A stretch of DNA of 64,000 nt, taken from NCBI GenBank assembly GCA_048013815.1, contig CM106586.1:3534001-3598000 (forward strand), read 5' to 3'. The position numbers and the translations under genes are program-made. The notes beneath the pieces are model-generated. The model worked only from the letters and a program-made list of their open reading frames with translations. It did no database searches and had not been told where the DNA came from. Within the stretch, counting starts at the first letter, position 1, and each line of letters begins with the position of its first letter. This DNA is from Setoptus koraiensis. Its lineage: Eukaryota; Animalia; Arthropoda. Of this stretch, positions 35,086 to 43,790 are shown piece by piece.

Positions 35086-35649
35086 CTACTCTTTATAAAC
35101 TAACAAAGCGTCTATCCTTGTGAAGAGAGATTTGAGTTTCTTCTTGACAATCTTCTGCTCTGGGTCCTCTTCGCTCTGATCACCCGATTTTTGCTTGGCG
35201 TACTCCTGAGCGTAGAGCTCGGCCAATCCTAGCTTGCTTTTCTCTTGACTAACCTCAATGCGTCTCTTGTATTTGTCTGGTTTCTCATGTGGCTTAACTT
35301 TTCGTACAGGGTCGTCCCAGGAGGAATCTTTAATACGTTCTCGAATAATATCGTGAATGGATTTAGTTGTTTCCTCGGTGATTTCTGGTGCCGGTCTAGT
35401 AGCGCGTTCAAATTGCAGGTACTCGTCCAAAAGACTATTATCGGGTCTCTTACTACTGCTGACCTCTCCCTTGAGTTGCCAAGGTTTATCCGATAGATTT
35501 TCCTCTTCGAGTGCCCTGATCTGAGAGACAACTTTGCTGTATAATACATATAATCAATGGGAGAAATTGAATTAGTTGGTAGGTAGGTTGATAATAGTGA
35601 TCGACTGATGGGATTACTACACTCACTCTGGTTTATGTACGGGACCCAT
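35086..35649 (-). CDS. MPP10: U3 snoRNP/SSU processome protein Mpp10, miniaturised (157 aa); complement(join(35086..35536,35627..35649))
   Basis: IRALEEENLSDKPWQLKGEVSSSKRPDNSLL…APEITEETT…IIRERIKDSSWDD…EKSKLGLAELYAQEY…LFTRIDAL is the conserved Mpp10 core. The 90-nt intron has a GTGAGT donor, ACTAAT branch and ACAG acceptor. The ATG is in ACCATGG context with an in-frame TAA 15 codons upstream. Confidence 0.9.
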
Positions 35650-36260
35650 GGTATTCGAGATCCAAACAGTCAGATTCACCAAGATGAAGATTTGTTAGAC
35701 GATTTGAAATGTTGGTAACATGTGATAAGATTTGCTAGATTGCAATAAGGGAATCGTTGTAAACCACATGGCCTGCTTGTGGCATTCTAAACTGATTGTT
35801 TGCACAATGCATCTTTATTTGCCAAGTGATAAAAGGAAAACAAAATTTAAAAGTGGCGCAATTCTATTGTCTACTGTGGCGCCCTCTTTCGTTCGGAAAC
35901 CCGTGAGATAGCAATGTGGTTGGGAAAAAAATGAGTTATCAAAATGCACAGTAGAAATTGTGTTCGGTTGGCAGGGAAAAGCGTGTGTGCAATTTGCGGC
36001 ACTAAAACACAGACCAAACAGCGTTGCACAGGAAGAAGCACATTGTGATGTTATAGAATCTACGGACAACAACTAGGCTCTCACACCAATATTAATTTAC
36101 TAAAATTCATCTCTACCTGGTAGACTATTATTAATTATTACTGTAATTCACCATATATTTCCTCTGGGGACTACTATTGTCCAAATCAATTATTAAACAA
36201 ACACCCTTTCGGTCAGGAGTAATATTTACTAATCTTTTGGGACCTCTTTAATTATTCACG

Positions 36261-36822
36261 ATGGGTCGTATGCACGCACCAGGGTAAGTGGTTGTTGTAA
36301 AACTCCGGCCACCAACCGAACACACTCTCCAATCAATAAACTAATTTATTTTATCAACCCTCCCCATTCTCGTCAAATGTAAAACACAGCAAGGGTATCT
36401 CGCAATCAGCATTGCCCTACAGAAGATCCGTACCAACATGGGTCAAGCTATCTGCAGATGATGTAGTAGATCAAATATGTAAATTGGCTAAGAAAGGTAA
36501 AACGCCATCGCAAATAGGTGTTATGCTTAGAGATTGGCACGGTGTAGCACAAGTAAAATGGATCACTGGAAACAAGATCTTGCGTATACTCAAAGCCAAA
36601 GGATTGTCCCCACAATATCCAGATGACTTGTACCATCTTATCAAAAGGGCTGTCAGCATCCGTAAGCATCTTGAGAGAAACCGCAAGGACAAAGATGCCA
36701 AATTTAGATTAATTCTTGTTGAGAGCCGTATCCACCGTTTGGTGCGTTACTACAAGAGCCGACAAGTATTGCCACCAAATTGGAGATACGAGTCCTCTAC
36801 CGCATCGGCATTAGTTGCTTAG
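36261..36822 (+). CDS. RPS13: 40S ribosomal protein S13 (uS15), join(36261..36283,36390..36822), 151 aa
   Basis: MGRMHAPG|[19 protein letters not shown]…[19 protein letters not shown]…[13 protein letters not shown]; 106-nt phase-2 intron; AATAAA at 36851. Confidence 0.98.
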
Positions 36823-36969
36823 GCTACTTGCATTGGCGAAGTAAAAGCAAAATAAAAATTAAAACTTTAAATCTATATACCACCTGATAGATCCGGAATG
36901 AGCTGTTTTTTTCGACTAACAAAACGTGACGGTACGAATGTGTGTCGGGGTGTGTGTTTATTATTAAAA

Positions 36970-37568
36970 TTAATTGACAAAATTTATTAGGTAACGCATA
37001 GTATCACTTAAACCACGAAAAGCAGCCAAATGAATGGGGTGCCAGCCATCCCGATTGGGTAGGTTTGGATTAGCACCGTATGAGACCAATTCTTTGCACC
37101 AAGCTAGATCACGGCCTATGTGTGTAGTTGTTGGTGAAAGAGAATGATTGAAATTAGCGACTAGTTAGTGATGGGTTGACTCAAACGGCACCGCTTTTTA
37201 GACATGTTGGTCCTGCATTCTTTCATTGCATTATTGCTCTATCTGATTGCAACATCTCATACAGTATTGCAGAATCTCATTGACAGTATTGATTGACTGG
37301 TTGGTGCCCGTTGACAATTTGGTGAGGCGTGAGGACACTTACCTAAGAGGAGACTATAGTGTAATGCAGTCTGACCATCAATGAAGAAATTCAAGTCTAT
37401 ATTTGTTCTTTTCAACATTATCAACAGGTCTTGCAAAGTACCGTCTTTGATTATTTTGATTAATTCGATTGTTTTCTCTTTCTGGGTCTCACTATGGGCT
37501 TTGGTGGCTGGCAGCTGCTCGTTGGCCTGTATGTGCGACAACGAGTGGGTCCGTTTCTTTTTGTTCAT
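36970..37568 (-). CDS. NRARP: Small ankyrin-repeat protein, NRARP (Notch-regulated ankyrin repeat protein)-like; complement(join(36970..37115,37343..37568)), 123 aa
   Basis: IKDGTLQDLLIML…DLNFFIDGQTALHYSLLLG|RDLAWCKELVSYGANPNLPNRDGWHPIHLAAFRG…YLI parallels NRARP GQTALH…GADIRLANRDGWSALHIAAFGG. 227-nt phase-1 intron with GTAAGT donor and CATAG acceptor. Confidence 0.75.
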
Positions 37569-37761
37569 AGCAGTAATTGAATGTGAGTGACCTAGCAATT
37601 ATGGTAACAATGCAAATGATGTGGCTAAGGTTATTACAAATGGCTGCTCGTAGCTTGTGCAACGACGACAATTAAATACTAAATACTAAATATGCCAATG
37701 TGACGATAATTGTGATAGCTACTGCCTGGTTGCGGGCAACTGGTTGTGGTTGTTTGGGTGC

Positions 37762-37890
37762 TGTTGTTGTCGTTGTTGTCGGTGTTGTCGTTGTTGTCGT
37801 TGTGGTCGTTGTTGTCGTTGTTGTCGTTGTTGTCGTTGTTGTCGTTGTTGTCGTTGTTGTCGTTGTTGTCGTTGTTGTCGTTGTTGTTGT
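37762..37890. repeat. (GTTGTTGTC)n / (GTT)n microsatellite
   Basis: Seen directly; source of poly-V/poly-T/poly-N spurious ORFs. Confidence 0.9.
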
Positions 37891-39250
37891 TGGTCGATGT
37901 CTCGGCTGGTGTGGCCATGGACACACTACTGGCTGACAAGCGAACAGGCGAGTGTAGCTCTAAATGTAGGTGAGTGTCTGTTAGTGGAGCATCTCGGAAT
38001 GCCAATACACAAAGAGTGTCAGTGTTGCCAGCGCTATTTGTGCTGCACCATTGTCTGTTTAACACACACACACACACACACACTGCGTGAGTACGAGCTG
38101 CACACTAAAGATGCAGCCCGAAGATGCAGCCAGAGGTGAGCAATGGCATGAGGGGAAAGCAGCGCCAGCCACCAAAGTATCGGCCAGTGGATATTCGATA
38201 ATGCCCCTGGGTAGGTGCATTAGTGTACTATTAGTGTTGGTGTACTAACATCAGCGCGCACACGCTAATATACACCAACAACAGTTCAATTCTCTGCCAC
38301 CAGTTGTACTGTACAACTGTTGTGCTGTTAACTGTGATTCTGCTGCACGACGACGTCTAGCGAGAATGTTATCACTGTCTCGCCGCTTCCCCCATTGCCG
38401 CTGCTGCATCGTTGGTGCGCGGTTGCACCAATGCACCGATGCGCCGATGCGCCGATGCACCGATGCACCAACGGTGCGGCAGCAACAGCACAGGGCAGAT
38501 TCTTCACATACTGGCCCAGTAATACTGGCCCAGCATATAATGGTGCAACGGATCCCAACAATTCAACAGTGTTCAATCAGCACCGTGTTGAATTCTGCGC
38601 CGCTCGCGCGCCCATTCTGTGCGCCTACTCCAGTTGGCCGCGGCCACCGTCGGGCCGGCCACTGCAAAGTTTGTAGTACAAACTGCAACCGTGTGTGCAA
38701 TCGCTGTGCACGGCCACTGGTGACCAGTGGGAATGTGCAACAATCGCTCACACATTCCCGGCCGACCATTTACATTTTGGCACATTTGTAGCGCCGGCAA
38801 ACGACGACGCGCCGTGAATCATCGCCAGTGTCAAGAACCGTTTGAACCGTGCCCGCTCTCGCGGATCGCCCATCTCAGGCCGCCCCGGTCCCAGGCTGCC
38901 AACGGGCAACGGGCGACTGGCTATCCGGGCGAGCGGCTCTCACAGGGCGTCTCAGACTATCTCAGGCCCTCGGTCGGCACTGCTGGCTCGCTGGCTCGCG
39001 TACCCTTTACGGGCCAGCGCGGCGACAACGGCAGCAACACCGACAGCAACACCAACACCGACAGCAACAACAGCAACAACAACAACAACAACAGCGGCAG
39101 CAGCAACAACAACAACATCGACGACGACGACGACGACATCAAGAACGTACGCACAGGCACGAACTGTACTGTACCGTGTGCGCGGTGCGCACACAGTGGC
39201 GGCGGGGGAAAGCAGAAGCGCGCTGGAGCCGGGCTCGTGTGGGGGTCGAT

Positions 39251-39277
39251 CGTGGGAATATTGGCGATTTTCCCACG
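39251..39277. promoter_or_regulatory. Inverted pair of high-affinity Su(H)/CSL sites (CGTGGGAA-N11-TTCCCACG)
   Basis: Both 8-mers match the CSL consensus YGTGRGAA exactly and lie about 1.7 kb upstream of the NRARP-like ATG. Confidence 0.5.
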
Positions 39278-41497
39278 GCCATATTAAACGTTGTCTCTTT
39301 GTAGTTGTCGATAATGTTGTTGTTGTTGTTGTTTGTATCGTGGTTGTAGTGGTTGTTGTTGGCGCTGCCGGTGTTGCAGGCGCTCAACAACCACTACAGG
39401 CGCTCAACAGCGGCAACTACTGCAACCGCTGCGATCGGCTGTGCGCCGGTGTCATAGTTGCCGAGTTGCTGGTCTTGTGACGCCTCGTCACAAGGTATTT
39501 TCCCCTGGGAACTCACGGCCACTCACAGAGGCCACTGATCGTCATGAGAGCAACGTCGGCGGCGGCGGCAGCGCTGGCGAGATGGCCAGCAAGCGATAGG
39601 CGAGATCGAGCGAGCCATCGTGATACTGCGATCGCTTGTTTGCGGAAAAGTCCGGTTCGGTCGCCGCCTTCGCTGTTGCTCGGCACGACGCGTCAATGAA
39701 TGGCGACAAGAGCGCGCCATTCATTGAGAACTCGGCACGTTCGGTGGGCGGCGAGTGGTCAGTGACTGCAAGCACAAGCTTGTGAATACAAGTTGCTGAC
39801 AGTGGCGAGCTCAAGTTAGTTTCACTAGCGCCAAGCCAGATTCACTGGTGAATCTGGTCAGACCGGTCGTGGGCAACTGCGCGCCGTCGGCGCTGCACAG
39901 CCCACTCGCTGTGCAGCGACACTGGGCATCACGCACACAGTCAGTGTGCAGTTACATACATAATAATGTACGTAATGCCAAGCGTCAGTAGTGTGCGTTG
40001 CACAGCGTGTTGGCGGATATCCGACGCCGCTGTCTTGTCAAGCGCGCACAGCGCTTCTTCCTGTTCTCACAAACACACACACACACACGCACGCACAAGT
40101 TGCAGCGAGCAGCGGCCAGAGCACGCGCCAATGCGCGTGCACCAGCACGCGCACGACATGGGCTCATCATGATCGGTGGGAACTAGCTTGCTGGCTGGGC
40201 CCCAGCGGCCACGCTTGCTTGTGCGATCGTGCCATTGTGCGTTTGTGCCGGGCGACGGCCCACTGTGCGCGCGCCGTCAGAGTGAGCCAACGTATAAGTA
40301 TTTCGCTGTATGTTACATATAGCACATATAGGCGCACGTGCACAAACATGGCATTCGCACGCGGCAAGCTCATTATCTTGCTGGCCGCTGGCCCCAATCG
40401 CCCGCACATCACATACAGCACATCACATACAGCGCACACGAGGCGCACACACATCATATAGGGCGCGCACGAAGCGCAGATATATCATATAGCACCTAGG
40501 GGCTGTGCTGCGATATATCTGGTTAGGCTGGCGCGCGTTGCCACGTACTGTGCATGCGACTGTGCAACTTGGCTTGGGCGGCGTTATCAGCGCCGGCATA
40601 TCTCTAGACCCGGCGCGTCTGTCCGGCGGTATCAGTTATCTGGCAGCGGCAGCTTGGGAAGCAAACAGAAAATTGTTCCCATGGGCCCGCGTGCGTATGA
40701 CAGTTTGCATGCGCGAGTCCGACCGCTGGCCGTCTGACAGTCGCCATTCGCCCATGTATCCAGTGGACAGTCACTGTCTGACAGTGTGCGTGTGCGACAA
40801 TGTCAGTGAACTGTCAAACACGAAATTAAGCGACTCACACTTGGGCCGCTTGCGTAACGTCGCCAGCGAACCTGGCCAGCTGACCGACTGGCCAACGGTC
40901 GAGCGCGACCATCGGGCCGACAGTCGGTGGCGGGTGCCCCGCAGGGGATGCCTCCACAGCTCGCGCGCCATCTCACAGTGCCGCGATTGGCGGCCTCAAC
41001 TCCAGTGTTGCCAAGCGATGACAATGTCAATCATCTTGGGCACTTCTCGTCATGTATACCCTTGTGTTGCCCAGGTTCGCCGGGGCATTTTTGTCGGGGC
41101 ACTTTCCTGGCGTTTTACCCAGTGATGGCGCAAATGCGGGAAACGCGGCCAATACGGGAAGCACGGGAAAAGCGGGCACTAGTTTTGGCAATGTTCGCCA
41201 GGCTCGGCGAGCTCGCTTGGCGACACATTCGGCCGCCAGGCGACCGAGAACGCAATCAGAGTGATCGCCTCATTGGTGGAGCGAGGGTTTTTGGGTTGAA
41301 TTTATTTTATCTTTATTTAGTCTGGCTCGTTTGTACTGACAGTGGCGACATTTGTCGGCCAGCTCAAGTTGAGAAAAAATGAAAAATTGACCGCTCATAT
41401 AGCGCTCACGATAACATGCTGGCTAGATATGGCTGGCGCTAGATAAAATGGTGCTCATTTAGCCAGCACCAATACAGAACGGTAGCGCATGATTTAT

Positions 41498-42316
41498 TTA
41501 GGGATTTTCCTTCAAGAATTCGTCTGTTTCGTTAAGCTTCATGAAGTCGTTTGTTGCGGCATTCCAAAACGGGTTTTTAACTATTGTTCCGCCGTCGATG
41601 TCCAAATCTGCCCCGTGAATAAACTGTGCCTTGTCAGAGGCAACAAACAAAATCAAATCGGCCACCTCTTGCGCTTCACCAACTCGCTGGACAATAGTCG
41701 CTGGGCCGAATTTGGCTTGATCGGGAGAAAAATTTGTAATGATAGGTCCGGGCGACACGGTGTTGACTCTCACCCCCGACGATCCTACAACGTTTGCCAG
41801 ACATTTGGTCAGCATACTCATGGCTGCCTTAGAAACGCTGTAAGACACGGTCGGAATAGCAATTCTCGATGCGATCGAGGACACATTGACAATGACACCT
41901 TTTGTTTCTCTCAAATACGGCAAGGCCAGCTGACTGAGTCTCACTGCCGATGTTAAATTGGCCGTCATGATGTTGTTGAAGTCAGTCATGAAATCTGCAT
42001 CTTTCTCGATGTGCTTTCGCTCTCCTGCGTAGCCGGCGTTGTTTATGAGAATGTCTAAACGTTTGAATTTGTCAATAGTCTCATTGAAGACATTGTCAAC
42101 TTGTGCCGCATCCAAAAAATCTGCCTTGACGCTCAACGGAACAAGCTTGGACGGACTCAGCTCGGTGCATTTTGCAGCTACCGCACTCAATCGGGCCTCA
42201 TTTCTTCCTGTCAACACAACATGATAATCCAATTTGGCGTATTCACAAGCAACGGCCTCGCCAATACCTGCGCTGGATCCCGTCACCAGAGCCACCTTGC
42301 GATTTTCTTGCGCCAT
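41498..42316 (-). CDS. Classical short-chain dehydrogenase/reductase (FabG-like SDR), 272 aa, intronless
   Basis: TGSSAGIG (TGxxxGxG), LINNAG, NVSS and YSVSK (YxxxK). The first ATG is 42316; the ORF-track start at 42373 is GTG. The Arg in LTGRN suggests NADP(H) preference. Confidence 0.93.
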   Translation of the reverse strand: MAQENRKVALVTGSSAGIGEAVACEYAKLDYHVVLTGRNEARLSAVAAKCTELSPSKLVPLSVKADFLDAAQVDNVFNETIDKFKRLDILINNAGYAGERKHIEKDADFMTDFNNIMTANLTSAVRLSQLALPYLRETKGVIVNVSSIASRIAIPTVSYSVSKAAMSMLTKCLANVVGSSGVRVNTVSPGPIITNFSPDQAKFGPATIVQRVGEAQEVADLILFVASDKAQFIHGADLDIDGGTIVKNPFWNAATNDFMKLNETDEFLKENP

Positions 42317-43221
42317 GATGATTGTTTGCGGTTTTAGATGAAATTGTGCGTTGTTAATCGATTCACTTGACACTATTTGACACTATTTGACACTACTGCG
42401 GATCTTTCGATTCGCTACTGAATAACTAAAAAATTGCGCTTGCAAAATTGCAAAATGGTAAGACGACGCCAACAGAGTGACTGCTGAAATGAAATAACTA
42501 TTGATGCCGACACTATCTGAGGGCCCATTCTATTTATATTCCTACGACTTGTTTTTTTCTCCGCCAAGGGCGTGCACCGTCAGCCTTTTCCAATAGCTGC
42601 TCCACCTGCTTCGATGCTAATCCGCCAGGGCGGCGCTATCGGCTTGCAGAAGGCAGTGTGAGTGGAAAAGTCGCTGAAAACAGTCATTGCGCCTCCTTGC
42701 GCCGAGACGCGAATATTCGCCTCGCAGAACGCTGCTCACGCAACGTTGTAAATCAATCAAAAAAAGAAGATATTTAACGAGACAGTCTGGCTTCGGCTGT
42801 ACATCGGCTGGCGATGCCAGCGCCCATAGCGGATCTGTTTCGAAACAGCTCGAGAGCCATTGGAAAAAGCTGACAGAGCGCAGGATGAATCCACATCGCT
42901 CCATCAGCTTCGCTCTGACGGATATAGCATAATCGACTGTAGAAGCACTAGAAAAAAAAAGCACACAGTATAATTGAAAACTCTCACTTGAGGGCCTTCA
43001 ACAAGTGCATTATGAGTGCCACTAAGCCAGCCCCTGCGAGCCAAAATCTATCTCGCCCTGTTATGTCATTTTATTTTATTATAAAGGCGTGCAAGCGTAT
43101 TACAGCGCTTGAATTGGTTGCGTCGTCGGATTAGTTACGTAACTGACGACGTGCATTGTCGAGCGCAACGTGAACGAAGCGACAATGAACATGATGAAAT
43201 CAATCAAAACTGCTTGTTGCA

Positions 43222-43790
43222 ATGAGACGCGAGCACGTTGACTGGAAACTGGCGAAACGTGTTCCGTCTCGAGAAAGTCAGTCAGTCGACAAACGTCGAG
43301 CCGACGGGCCCGACGAAAGCGAACGAAAGAGTGAAAATCTTACTTTATGTTCGATTTTGCTGAAACTCCGACAAACAAAACACCGGCTAAGTGAATTAGT
43401 CGGCTATGCACGCCCAATGTCAGAATGGATGCAACTGTTCAAAGAAATAAGAAATGGTGCTTTACCGGCTGCAATTCGAAGACTTCAGCGGCCATGATTG
43501 GCCGCTGAAAAATCACTCCAACAATACATTCGAGATCTAGCACGAGTGTTTACAGAATCAATCGAACAGGCTGCGAGATTGTGTCGGGCAATTAAGTTTA
43601 TCACGGTCTAGCCACAGTCATTCGCAAGCTTGCCAATATAACTTTCGCTGCTGCTGCTGGTGATAACCTGTTTACAGTACATATATACCACGTATTTCAC
43701 GCAACAATGCATCGCCTGCTGTTTCGTTTTACAACTACTACGGGAAAACTGTAAAAGACGCAAGGGGCGCTGGCGTCACCCTGAAAATGC
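43222..43790 (+). pseudogene. Decayed Exo84/EXOC8 (exocyst component 8)-like coding remnant with in-frame TGA 43495, TAG 43609, TAA 43639 and a probable +1 frameshift near 43753
   Basis: LFKEIRNGALPAAIRRL…YIRDLARVFTESIEQAAR…LRENC aligns with the recalled human EXOC8 segment LFLRNRAAAVHTAIRQL…YIHKLCHVFFTSLLETAR…AKEHC with only the 5-aa insertion described in the findings; manual alignment only. Confidence 0.45.

Noticed and set aside
37672-41382. Poly-T/V/N/C and Arg/Ala-rich ORFs
   Set aside because: Translations of (GTT/CAA)n tracts and GC-rich regulatory DNA.
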